Source: Calditrichia bacterium (GTDB lineage: Bacteria > Calditrichota > Calditrichia > Calditrichales > J004). Taken from it: 64,000 nt of DNA. The notes under the pieces are model-generated. The model was not told the origin of the DNA, made no database searches, and saw only the letters and a program-made list of their open reading frames with translations. Shown in pieces: positions 1 to 8,670 of the stretch; the first letter of the stretch is position 1, and the number at the start of each line of letters is the position of its first letter. The DNA is taken from contig JALTKX010000088.1 of the NCBI GenBank assembly GCA_027006055.1, positions 2,172 to 66,171 on the forward strand. The letters run 5' to 3'. Made by a program: the position numbers and the translations under genes.

Positions 1-448
1 GGTTCTCAATAATACGCCCGATCTCCCGTCCTTTTTCAATAAAAATAAAGGTGGGCACGCGTTGAATATCCCAGGCTTCGGCATTCTCATTCTCCGCGTC
101 CAAACCACGGTCTACCGCGATCAGTTCAATATCAAACGTATCCTTATAGGCATCGATAATTTTAAAAAAGCGCGGAACGTTTTTGCGGCTGTCCTTGCAC
201 CATGTTCCGAAAAATATTTTTATTTTCATGGGACGGACAACGCTTTTCAGCTCTGCCATCACCTCTTTTTTAGGGCTGTACAGATCAAAAGCTTCCTTCC
301 AGACCGGAAAATCAAAATAAAGCTGCTCCGCCGTTGTTTTGCCGTAGAGCATTTCCGTATTATCCCGGGTTACCTTTTTGGACTTCAGCTCCGAACCGCA
401 GGCTGCCAGGAAGAATACGACACTAAGGGTTAACGCTAAGCGTATCAT
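1..448 (-). CDS. thioredoxin-fold lipoprotein (TlpA/ResA-like), C-terminus outside window
   Basis: Not in the ORF track because it runs off the window edge. My translation from ATG 448: MIRLALTLSVVFFLAACGSELKSKK (signal peptide plus lipobox LAAC) ... KIKIFFGTWCKDSRKNVPRFF ... AWDIQRVPTFIFIEKGREIGRIIEN. It has a WCxxS motif and a cis-Pro-like 'RVPT', as in the thioredoxin fold. Track ORF 62..433(+) is its antisense shadow. Confidence 0.6.
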   Translation of the reverse strand, partial: MIRLALTLSVVFFLAACGSELKSKKVTRDNTEMLYGKTTAEQLYFDFPVWKEAFDLYSPKKEVMAELKSVVRPMKIKIFFGTWCKDSRKNVPRFFKIIDAYKDTFDIELIAVDRGLDAENENAEAWDIQRVPTFIFIEKGREIGRIIEN

Positions 449-1274
449 GAACGACCTCTTTTTTTATGGCTTTTTTTATATTTTTACGCACAATACCCTT
501 CTCCGTGATACGTATTGAACTTATCACATCTCCGGGCTGGCCGAGAATGCCTTCGTCCCTGCCGTTCACCTGCCAGTTGATACCGGCGGCGTTGCCCACC
601 AGCCCCTTTAACAGGGAGTCGGCCGAAACGGTTATCTTATTCCCCGTCGTTAAAAGATACTCCACGGTATCCTTTTTATCCTTTACAAAACGCAGCCAGG
701 TGGTATCCAAAGCGGTCAGGGTTACGGTTACGCGGGGAGTCCCGGGCTCCGTTACCGTCTGTTCCGCGGTCGTGGCCGGAGTCGGTTTTTCCAAGGATTT
801 AGTTTCTATCTCCCGCGCTATTTGTCTCACCGGCAGTTCCTTAACCTTTTCACGGTTGCCAAAGGAGATCATCTCGGCATTCATGGCAAAGAATAGCAGC
901 AGGGCGATAATACCCAGGGCGGGAACGGCAACGATCATGTTTTTTTTATTAAAAACGGGATGGCTATCCTCGGAGGCGGTTACGATGCGCCGCATGGTTG
1001 TTGTGGGTGTTGGCGAAAAGGTTTGCTTGCGCATCCGCCGATACATCTCCAGATAGCGTTCTTCGTCTTCGATATGCAGGTAAGAGAGGTATGATTGAAA
1101 AAAGAGTTTATCATACACCTCGGGAATCTTCTCAAACTCACCGGCCTCGATAGCCCGCAGATAACTGATCTGAATGCGGCTTTCGCTGGCAATCTCTTCC
1201 AGGCTTATATTCTTCTCTTCACGGATTTTTTTCAACTCTTCAAAAAATGAAGGGATGTCAGGATTTGTCTCCAT
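423..1274 (-). CDS. rodZ: RodZ-like cytoskeleton protein (N-terminal HTH, one TM helix, C-terminal DUF4115-like domain)
   Basis: N-terminus LKKIREEKNISLEEIASESRIQISYLRAIEAGEF is an XRE-type HTH. A TM helix follows (IVAVPALGIIALLLFFAM), then a C-terminal beta-rich domain. The ATG at 1274 follows the TTG used by the track at 1277. The gene overlaps the recJ stop. Confidence 0.65.
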   Translation of the reverse strand: METNPDIPSFFEELKKIREEKNISLEEIASESRIQISYLRAIEAGEFEKIPEVYDKLFFQSYLSYLHIEDEERYLEMYRRMRKQTFSPTPTTTMRRIVTASEDSHPVFNKKNMIVAVPALGIIALLLFFAMNAEMISFGNREKVKELPVRQIAREIETKSLEKPTPATTAEQTVTEPGTPRVTVTLTALDTTWLRFVKDKKDTVEYLLTTGNKITVSADSLLKGLVGNAAGINWQVNGRDEGILGQPGDVISSIRITEKGIVRKNIKKAIKKEVVHDTLSVNP

Positions 1275-2973
1275 CAAACTCTTTAAAGTCCTTTATTCTT
1301 AGTTGAATTGTGTTTTGTCCCTGCCAGTTGGATTCTTCAATGACATAGACAAAGTTAAAACTTTTATCGACTTGCTCCAACTGCTCGAGGTATTTTAAAC
1401 CATTAAAATAGATGGCGTCTATAACCATGCCTTTTTGTTGCAGCTTAAATTTAAGATGGTTGTGGCCGATAACCCGCACCTTGCCATGCACGCTCACATT
1501 ATTGCTTTGAAAAACGGGACGCATATTGGAGGGGCCGTAGGGTTCCATATCCTTAAGGCCGTGAAGCAGACGTCCGTTAAGATCGGGAAAATCTATCCTG
1601 GCGTCAATATGCAATTCGGGCAGCGCGCTTTTTGTTTCCATGTGATCGCTGGCGTATTTGTTAATTGCCTGGCGGAAGGCCTCTATTTTTTCCGTTTCAA
1701 TGGTCATCCCGGCCGCGCAGGCATGGCCGCCATAACTGACCAGCATCTCCTGCAAATGTTGCAGGGCATTAAAAATATTAAACTTATCGGTGGAACGCGC
1801 CGAGGCCTTTCCCAATCCGTTTTGATTGGAAATGAGAATTGCCGGTCGGTTGTATTTTTCCTGCAGGCGGGAGGCAACGATACCGATGACGCCAAGATGC
1901 CAGTCTTCCTTATCCAATACCAATACGGGCGCGTTCTGCAACTCTTCGGATTCCATGATCAGGCCCACCGCTTCCTGGAAGGTCTGTTCATCAATATTAC
2001 GTCTCTTTTTATTTTCGGAATTAAGAATCTGGGCGATATTCTTTGCCTGCTGCGGGCTGCTGCTGGTTAGCAGATGCACCGCTTTTTTGGCATTGGATAT
2101 CCGCCCCACGGCATTCAGACGGGGAGCGAGAATAAAGACGATAAGGCTGACGTTTATCGTTTGCCTGCCGAGACCGCTAATCTGTATCAGCGCCGAAATG
2201 CCTTCCCGGGGGTGCCGGTTTATCTTTTTAAGGCCGTGATACATCAATATGCGGTTCTCATCGCTGAGGTCCACGATATCGGCGGCCGTACCCAGGGCAA
2301 CCAGATCCAATGTGTCCAGATAAAAGGATTCCTCCAGGTGCAGCCGTTGTGAAAGCGCCTGAATATACTTAAAGGCCACGCCGCATCCGGCCAGTTCCTT
2401 AAAGGGATAGTCACAGCCGGTCTGTTTGGGGTTTAAAATGGCAAAGGCCTCCGGGGGCTCGCCCACGGGCGAGTGATGGTCGCAGACGATAACGTCCACA
2501 TTCTGCTCCCGGGCATAGGCAATCTGTTTTTGGGCGGTAATACCGCAATCAACGGTAATAATCAGCGATACGTTTAAATCCAGGGCCCGGGTTATACCTT
2601 TTTCCGTTACCCCATAACCGTCATTCTTGCGGTCGGGAATAAAAAAGTACACCTTGCCGCCCAGACGGTGCAGACTTTGGTATAAAATGGAAACACCGGT
2701 CACGCCGTCCACGTCATAATCGCCATAAACAAGAATGTTTTCGCCATTTTCCAGGGCCCGTACCAGGCGTTCAACGGCCTTTTCCATATCACGCATGGCG
2801 TAGGGATCGTACAGATTTTCCAGTGAGGGGTGTATATAGGTTGTAAAATCCTCGGGACGAGAGATGCCCCTGCGGGTCATGATGGTGGCGATCACGGGAT
2901 CGACATTGTATTCTTTGTAAAACGGAGAAAGAGGGGGCGCCTCTGCCTCAGGATAAATCCATTGGTAATGCAT
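1258..2973 (-). CDS. recJ: single-stranded-DNA-specific exonuclease RecJ
   Basis: DHH-family motifs are present (VYGDYDVDGVTG, ITVDCG, VIVCDHHSP, GGHACAAG). I moved the start from the track TTG at 3000 to ATG 2973 (MHYQWIYPE...) because 2990-3002 forms the P1 stem of the RNase P RNA. Confidence 0.9.
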   Translation of the reverse strand: MHYQWIYPEAEAPPLSPFYKEYNVDPVIATIMTRRGISRPEDFTTYIHPSLENLYDPYAMRDMEKAVERLVRALENGENILVYGDYDVDGVTGVSILYQSLHRLGGKVYFFIPDRKNDGYGVTEKGITRALDLNVSLIITVDCGITAQKQIAYAREQNVDVIVCDHHSPVGEPPEAFAILNPKQTGCDYPFKELAGCGVAFKYIQALSQRLHLEESFYLDTLDLVALGTAADIVDLSDENRILMYHGLKKINRHPREGISALIQISGLGRQTINVSLIVFILAPRLNAVGRISNAKKAVHLLTSSSPQQAKNIAQILNSENKKRRNIDEQTFQEAVGLIMESEELQNAPVLVLDKEDWHLGVIGIVASRLQEKYNRPAILISNQNGLGKASARSTDKFNIFNALQHLQEMLVSYGGHACAAGMTIETEKIEAFRQAINKYASDHMETKSALPELHIDARIDFPDLNGRLLHGLKDMEPYGPSNMRPVFQSNNVSVHGKVRVIGHNHLKFKLQQKGMVIDAIYFNGLKYLEQLEQVDKSFNFVYVIEESNWQGQNTIQLRIKDFKEFDGDKS

Positions 2974-2989
2974 GCGTCCATCCGGAAAA

Positions 2990-3398
2990 ATCCGGATCAA
3001 TAGAATAAGCCGAATTCTGTACCCTCAAAAGGGGGGAGTTATTTATCTTAATGCCGCGTTGCCGCGACACTTAAGCGACCTACCCGAGTATACGTATCCG
3101 AAGATACATACGGCGGGACACCGCACAGAACACTATATACTCCTATTTGGCCTTGCATCAAACCGGGTTTACCTTACCCCGCCCTTTCGGCGCCATCGGC
3201 GTTCCGTTGTGGAAACGGGTGGTGAGCTCTTACCTCGCCTTTTCACCCTTATCCCGTAAAAACGGGACGGTATCTTTTCTGCGGCACTGGCCATCCGCGG
3301 AAGCGGATTCTAATTTCTTAGAAGGTTTTTCCCTATGATGTTCGGACTTTCCTCCTCAGAATAGATTCCAAGGCAACTCCCTGTTTATTGATCCGGAT
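2990..3398 (-). ncRNA. rnpB: RNase P RNA, bacterial type A
   Basis: Minus strand carries the universally conserved GAGGAAAGUCCG (rc of 3343-3354), GCAGAAAAGAUACCG, AAGGGUGAAA, GGUAAGAGC, CAAGGCCAAAUAGG and ACAGAAUUCGGCUUAU (rc of 3005-3020). A 13-bp P1 stem pairs AUCCGGAUCAAUA (3386-3398) with UAUUGAUCCGGAU (2990-3002) and is followed by U5. Confidence 0.9.
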
Positions 3399-3410
3399 CT
3401 GTTTTTGTGT

Positions 3411-4118
3411 TTATTTATCTTCCCAAACTAATATCCGCCCGCAGAATTCACAAGTATATATCTTTTTCTGCTTGCGGATTTCCACAACCTTTTGCGGGGG
3501 GATGTAAGAAAAACATCCACCGCAATGGCCGTCGCTTACCACGGCCACTCCCTGGCCTTCCCGCGCTTCCCGTACGATTTCGTAGCTGGAAAGCACATCT
3601 TCATTAAAGTCCTTTACGATGCTTTCGCGGCTTTTAAGCAATTCCTTTTCCTCAACTTCCGTTTCGGATAAACGTTCCTTGAGATCCTGCTCATTCTCTT
3701 CCAACTCGGTTTGAATCGTCTGCAGTTCGCTTTCCAACTGGGTCTGGGCGCTCATTTTTTCATCAACGGCTTCATTCAGGCTGACCAGCTCATTTTCGTA
3801 ATTCTTAAGATTGGCCTGCAAAACCTCGATCTCAACGGTTATGGCGTCATATTCCTTATTGGTTTTAACCTGATACAGTCGGTTATTTTCATCGTTAAGC
3901 TTGTCCTTGGTTTCCTGGATCAGAACGGTCAATTCCCGTACCCGCTTCGACGACGCCTCTATTTCCGCCTCAAGCTTAACCTTGGTCTCATTCTTGATGT
4001 TAAATTTAGCCCGCAGACCTTCCACAATCTCAGGCAGGTCGCCACGCTCTTCACGTAATTCGTCCAAACGATTGTCAATTTCCTGTAATTCAATAAGTGC
4101 GCTTAAAGTCTTCTGCAC
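3411..4118 (-). CDS. coiled-coil protein with C-terminal C4 zinc ribbon (COG1579-type)
   Basis: Long heptad-rich E/L/K sequence ending in CGGCFSYIPPQ...CEFCGRIL (CxxC...CxxC). GTG start at 4118 is preceded by GGGAGG. Confidence 0.7.
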   Translation of the reverse strand: MQKTLSALIELQEIDNRLDELREERGDLPEIVEGLRAKFNIKNETKVKLEAEIEASSKRVRELTVLIQETKDKLNDENNRLYQVKTNKEYDAITVEIEVLQANLKNYENELVSLNEAVDEKMSAQTQLESELQTIQTELEENEQDLKERLSETEVEEKELLKSRESIVKDFNEDVLSSYEIVREAREGQGVAVVSDGHCGGCFSYIPPQKVVEIRKQKKIYTCEFCGRILVWEDK

Positions 4119-4134
4119 GTTCTAACCTCCCGAT

Positions 4135-4169
4135 AAAAAAAAAGTGCATCTCCCTGGTGAGAATGCACT
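4135..4169 (-). terminator. intrinsic terminator downstream of the tRNA
   Basis: Minus strand reads AGUGCAUUCUC-ACCAGG-GAGAUGCACU followed by U9 (A-run 4135-4143 on the + strand). Confidence 0.6.
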
Positions 4170-4250
4170 TGACTACTTTTTACTATTTTTTTTCCAAATT
4201 TTTGAAGATCATCTGAACTTTCTTACTCATGGTATCTTCCCTAAAAACAG

Positions 4251-4324
4251 TGGGCCCACAGGGACTCGAACCCCGGACCAGCCGATTATGAGTCGGCGGC
4301 TCTAACCAACTGAGCTATGGGCCC
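4251..4324 (-). tRNA. tRNA with CAU anticodon, elongator type; probably tRNA-Ile2 (lysidine) rather than tRNA-Met
   Basis: rc = GGGCCCAUAGCUCAGUUGGUUAGAGCCGCCGACUCAUAAUCGGCUGGUCCGGGGUUCGAGUCCCUGUGGGCCCA. It folds as a cloverleaf with all four arms, is 74 nt, has A73 and no encoded CCA. The G1-C72 pair excludes an initiator. The acceptor stem resembles tRNA-Ile (GGGCC...) with C4 and C5. Confidence 0.95.
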
Positions 4325-4440
4325 TGTTATTTTTGACGAGCAAGGAATTTAGAAATGATGTCGTAAAAAATCAAATCTAATTAGGGCCTGTTTTCCAATA
4401 AAATGCCTCCGGCGCGGAGCCTGTTTTCCTCTATCCGTTG

Positions 4441-6321
4441 CTATGGTTGAAGCTCACGCCCGAAATATTTTTCCAGAAATATGTCGCTTTTTTCTTCTTT
4501 CACCCAAATAAGCCGGCAGGAGCCTTTTTTTTGCATCGTGCATAGGCTCAAATCCCGCTCCTCCCCTTCCGGCGCGGCACGGCCCACGATGATTATCCAG
4601 CCCAGGGATTTTTCATAGACGTCAAGGGCGTCGTAAGGTATCGCCAGGGGGCTCAGTCCCGTTTTTTTATAAAAAGCCTCACGAAAGCCTTCCGGGGCGC
4701 ACAGAGCCATGGCCGCTTCCAGTTCCCGGGCGCCCGTCCCTTTTAATCGCTCCAGCGGGTTCTCTGTTCGCTCCAGGGACAAGGGAACAGGCCTCCCTTT
4801 GGGAAGGATCAGTTCCCTTCCCTCAATACTATCTGAAATAGGTTCCGGCCGGATAAGTGAAACAGCGCGGGAGGAGCCGGCCCCCTTCCGCCGCAATCGT
4901 CCCTCTTCCACCAACAGGCCATCCTTATTTAGCATTCCCGCCAAAAGAACAATGTCCTGCCCGTCCCGCTTTTGTTTTATACGTCGTCCGTACATGTCAA
5001 AAAAGAGAAGCTTTCCGCCGCTTTCTGTTTTTCCCCTGGGGAGATAAACTGTTTGCCGGTTGTTCACGGTTTCTTTTTTTATGATTTTCCCGTTCAACCG
5101 CACAGATTCCGTCTCCCGGTTCCATTTAATGGTTATTTGCCAGTGCGCGGCCTTAAGTAAAAACTTAAACCGTATCCCGTCGCAATGCAGGGTAAATTGC
5201 CGCCATACCAAAGGTATCTCCAGGGTATAACCGGCCAGGGCCAGTTGCGCCGTTGGATAGTCCGGCCTGAGTAAAAGGGGAAATTCGGGAAGGATGCGTA
5301 TCTTCTTCTTTTCCTCAAGAGCCGAAAAAGAGACCTGACGGTCCAGGCGTATGGCGTGTTTGCCGGAATCCCATTCCAAGCTCCGGTGCTGTTTTTTGCC
5401 TCCATAACTGCCCCGCAGGCGGAAGGAGTCCCCACTGAAAATAAAAGTCTGGCGGGCAGGGCCGTTTATACGGAACAGCTCTTCCCCGTTCCCCCCGGCT
5501 ATGGAAAACTTTTGTCCCATCAGTTCCAAAAGCCGAAATAACACAGCGTCCGCGCTGCCGGCCGTAACCTTTTTTAACAGACTAAATAGATGACCGATCC
5601 ACCACGGATTATGGTAGAGCGCGGACAGCACAAAATCGTAAAGGTCATCATCCCCCTGGCGCCAGCGGCGTTGCCAAAGATACTCATACAGGGGCCGGCC
5701 ATAGACATCCCAATAGGCTTGAATCGATTCCGCGGAAAGGATTTTCCACCCGGGTGGGGTAAATTGCCCGAAGACGTTTTTTATCCAGTGATACAGCTTA
5801 GCGCTGTTTGGGCCATGGGCGGAGGCTTCCGTGAAGACAAAAAGCTGCCAGGCCTTTTCAAAATGTTCTATCCAGGAGCGGTCATGTGTTTGAATCCGGG
5901 CCAGGGGATGTGCTTTTCTCGCTTCCCGCAACAGGCCCGGCAGTTCGCTGACCGACGGCATATCCCCGCTGTATGCGGCATACAGCCCCCCGCCGCCCGC
6001 ATGCTCCACTTCGCGGATGTTTAAACCTTCCTTTGGGACGAACTGTTTTAATGCCGCCGCCGGAGCGGCATGAATAAAAGCAAAGTCCGCGGTTTCCAGG
6101 GTTTCAAACCTTTGTTCACCGGAAATGTATAGGCTATAAACCCAGCCGGTTTGCGGAATGATACGGCGAAAACGGCAGTGGGCGTCGCTAATGGTAACAG
6201 GCGGGGAGACGCTTTCTTCTTCAGCGTAAAGCGCTCCGGCGTTTCCCGACAGGGAATAGGAATGCCGGAGAGCCGCCCGTATAAAACCAAGGAAACAAAA
6301 GTTTTGCGCTTGTCGCTTCAT
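4441..6321 (-). CDS. hypothetical protein, 626 aa, no family recognised
   Basis: Long uninterrupted ORF. ATG 6321 lies 12 nt after the rseP stop. The sequence is W/Y-rich and helix-like in residues ~130-280 and beta-like afterwards. There is no signal peptide, TM segment or catalytic motif that I can name. Confidence 0.6.
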   Translation of the reverse strand: MKRQAQNFCFLGFIRAALRHSYSLSGNAGALYAEEESVSPPVTISDAHCRFRRIIPQTGWVYSLYISGEQRFETLETADFAFIHAAPAAALKQFVPKEGLNIREVEHAGGGGLYAAYSGDMPSVSELPGLLREARKAHPLARIQTHDRSWIEHFEKAWQLFVFTEASAHGPNSAKLYHWIKNVFGQFTPPGWKILSAESIQAYWDVYGRPLYEYLWQRRWRQGDDDLYDFVLSALYHNPWWIGHLFSLLKKVTAGSADAVLFRLLELMGQKFSIAGGNGEELFRINGPARQTFIFSGDSFRLRGSYGGKKQHRSLEWDSGKHAIRLDRQVSFSALEEKKKIRILPEFPLLLRPDYPTAQLALAGYTLEIPLVWRQFTLHCDGIRFKFLLKAAHWQITIKWNRETESVRLNGKIIKKETVNNRQTVYLPRGKTESGGKLLFFDMYGRRIKQKRDGQDIVLLAGMLNKDGLLVEEGRLRRKGAGSSRAVSLIRPEPISDSIEGRELILPKGRPVPLSLERTENPLERLKGTGARELEAAMALCAPEGFREAFYKKTGLSPLAIPYDALDVYEKSLGWIIIVGRAAPEGEERDLSLCTMQKKGSCRLIWVKEEKSDIFLEKYFGRELQP

Positions 6322-6333
6322 TACACCGCCCTA

Positions 6334-7650
6334 CTAAAAAAGCAGGCGATTTACGTCTACATACAGTACAAAGATGATAAAGAAGAGCAACAGGGCCATG
6401 CCCGCCTGTTGGACGCGCAGCCGCGTTTTTACGCTAAGGGGCTTGCGCGTTACGGCTTCTATGAGCAGCAAAAACAGATGACCGCCATCCAGAACGGGAA
6501 TGGGTAAAATGTTAAAAAAGGCCAAAACACTGCTAAGGGCGGCAATCAGGCTAAACAGGGTTACCCAGCCCGCCTCGGCCGCCTCTCCGGCCATCTTGGC
6601 GATCATCAACGGGCCGCCGATGGTTTCATCCGCCGTCTTCACGCCGCTCATCCACCACCACAGACCTTTTATATTAAAATCGATAATTACAAAGGGTTGC
6701 CTGATACCATAGGCGATGGCCTCGCTTAGGGAAACCGGCTCCTTTTCCAAATAAACGCCAATGCCGATCATCCCGTAGGTGGATTCAACCCCCTCCTTGG
6801 AGACGGTGTTTTGAACGGCGGGAGTAATGCTGCCCTCGCGATCGGTTCCGTCATGCCGCCATTTTATCGGTATCGCCTTTCCGGGATTCGCGCGTATGAT
6901 TTCCGTCATCTCCCGCCAACTGTGTATGGGCCGGCCGTTCAGCTCGGTTATAAGGTCTCCCCGGGCCAGTCCCACGGAAGCGGCGGGCATATCCGGCCGC
7001 ACATCGCCGACCCGGGCGGGAAACAGGGGTGAAATACCCAGTTGTTCCCCTTTTTTCTCGCTCAACAGTTCCCTGGCGTAGCGCAATTCCACGGTTTGTT
7101 CGTCTCTTTGAACGGTAAAGCTAACGCCTTTGTCCATGGAGCCGTAAAAAAGGTTCAGCATATCGTTCCAGTTATCCACGGGTGTGCCGTTTACGGCGAT
7201 CACCTTATCACCGGTTTTAAAGCCGACCTGCGCGGCTATGGCGCTGTTCGGATCGACCTCCACCACCGTTGTCGGGGTAATGGTTTTACCCTGCGAAAAG
7301 CTCAGCACCGCATAAATAACCATGGCCAACAGCAAATTCATGATAACGCCGGCGCTAATGATGATCATGCGTTTCCATACGGGCTTGGAGCTGTATTCAT
7401 AGTCCGCGCCGGTAATATTTGTATCCATGCTCTCATCGACAAAACCGGACATTTTTACAAAGCCGCCCAGGGGTATGGCGGAGATACACCATTCCGTGTC
7501 GCCTATCTTTTTAGAGTAGAGGGTCGGCGGCATGCCGATTGAAAATTTTTCCACCCGCACGCCCATCAACCGGGCGGCGATAAAATGGCCCAGTTCATGA
7601 ATGACAACCAAAATACTAAATACAAAAATAACCGATATGAGGGTAAGCAT
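6334..7650 (-). CDS. rseP: RIP site-2 zinc metalloprotease RseP
   Basis: HELGHF zinc motif in TM1, PDZ region, and C-terminal LAFFNILPIPVLDGG motif. Confidence 0.9.
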   Translation of the reverse strand: MLTLISVIFVFSILVVIHELGHFIAARLMGVRVEKFSIGMPPTLYSKKIGDTEWCISAIPLGGFVKMSGFVDESMDTNITGADYEYSSKPVWKRMIIISAGVIMNLLLAMVIYAVLSFSQGKTITPTTVVEVDPNSAIAAQVGFKTGDKVIAVNGTPVDNWNDMLNLFYGSMDKGVSFTVQRDEQTVELRYARELLSEKKGEQLGISPLFPARVGDVRPDMPAASVGLARGDLITELNGRPIHSWREMTEIIRANPGKAIPIKWRHDGTDREGSITPAVQNTVSKEGVESTYGMIGIGVYLEKEPVSLSEAIAYGIRQPFVIIDFNIKGLWWWMSGVKTADETIGGPLMIAKMAGEAAEAGWVTLFSLIAALSSVLAFFNILPIPVLDGGHLFLLLIEAVTRKPLSVKTRLRVQQAGMALLLFFIIFVLYVDVNRLLF

Positions 7651-7726
7651 AATAACTTCTTTTCAGATTAATGGATAACCGAGAACACTTAACAAAGGAT
7701 ATATAAAATAGTTTCAATAACCGTTA

Positions 7727-7762
7727 TAAAAAAACATCCCCGGTGGTATTTCCGGGGATGTT
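7727..7762 (-). terminator. intrinsic terminator after the beta-barrel gene
   Basis: Minus strand reads AACAUCCCCGG-AAAUACCA-CCGGGGAUGUU followed by U7-8. Confidence 0.7.
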
Positions 7763-7775
7763 TATAGTAAAAACC

Positions 7776-8603
7776 TTAGAAGGAAATACCATAACCGAGA
7801 CCGGCAAACTGGCTGCCGTTGCGCGTGCCCACTTCGGCCTTTATGCCAAAAATGGAAACACCGGCGGCCAGACGCAAGGCGGCATTATCCAGCGTACCGT
7901 TTTGCGTGGACTCCTGCACGGAACCCACGGAGGCCGCCGTTGCATAAACCCAGCTTACATCCGTAGTGCCGATATCATAGGCGGCCTTGGCATACAATCT
8001 TATCAGCAAAAGATCATAACTGATCATGGCTCCGATATTTATACTTGAAAATTGCAGATCGATCCCCGCGTCCACCGTGCCGGCCTTGGTTACGCCATCG
8101 TCCAGATAGACGTCGCGGCTGGCGTTGATGGCAAAACCCATGGTATTATAATCGGCAAAAACGGCAATAGCCGGAAAGGCAGGGATGGGAATAAGGTCGG
8201 ACAGTTCATATTTTAAACCAAAACCCAATACCTGCAGGGAAAGGCCCTGCACTTCCGTTTCGGGGAAGTAGCGGGCATAGGCCTCAAAACCCATGGTTCC
8301 AAAACCGGCCTGTACACCGATTCCCGAGGGCAGATAACCCGCTTCATTAAGTCCGATCGACGGATTTTCCGCAAAGGAGCCCACACCCAGGAATACCCCC
8401 GCGCTTATCCGGAACAGGGTAGGCCCGCTGGCGTCTGTCCAGTCCAGAACGTTCATCCCGGCATAGGCGGCGTTGTTAATACCGTCCATATCATCGGCCA
8501 GGGCATTTAAATCGGAAAAAGTGGTAAAGTCCAGATCGCTCTGCGCGCTGGCGGATCCAACAAATAGAAAAAGACTGATTAGCAGTAAAAATAGACGTCT
8601 CAT
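7776..8603 (-). CDS. putative outer-membrane beta-barrel protein
   Basis: ATG 8603 is preceded by AGGAGGA. Signal peptide MRRLFLLLISLFLFVGSASA. Alternating hydrophobic strands with a terminal aromatic residue (...GLGYGISF). The track start at 8690 is too long. Confidence 0.65.
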   Translation of the reverse strand: MRRLFLLLISLFLFVGSASAQSDLDFTTFSDLNALADDMDGINNAAYAGMNVLDWTDASGPTLFRISAGVFLGVGSFAENPSIGLNEAGYLPSGIGVQAGFGTMGFEAYARYFPETEVQGLSLQVLGFGLKYELSDLIPIPAFPAIAVFADYNTMGFAINASRDVYLDDGVTKAGTVDAGIDLQFSSINIGAMISYDLLLIRLYAKAAYDIGTTDVSWVYATAASVGSVQESTQNGTLDNAALRLAAGVSIFGIKAEVGTRNGSQFAGLGYGISF

Positions 8604-8670
8604 AGGTCCTCCTGGAATATTGGGTTGCGGGAATATACAACTGTTGGTGGAATCGGCGCAAATATCCCTG

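Noticed and set aside
62-433. Track ORF of 123 aa on the + strand
   Set aside because: It is the antisense shadow of the thioredoxin-fold lipoprotein gene, which has a lipobox, a WCxxS motif and cis-Pro signatures. The + ORF has no recognisable features.
4183-4230. 15-codon ORF (MSKKVQMIFKNLEKK) between the tRNA and its terminator
   Set aside because: It is too short, has no conservation evidence available, and lies inside what is most simply the tRNA 3' trailer.
4251-6321. tRNA-linked genomic island carrying the 626-aa orphan gene
   Set aside because: The orphan gene lies on the 5' side of the tRNA, not the 3' side where islands integrate. There is no integrase and no direct repeat of the tRNA 3' end. 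The gene is tightly coupled to rseP.
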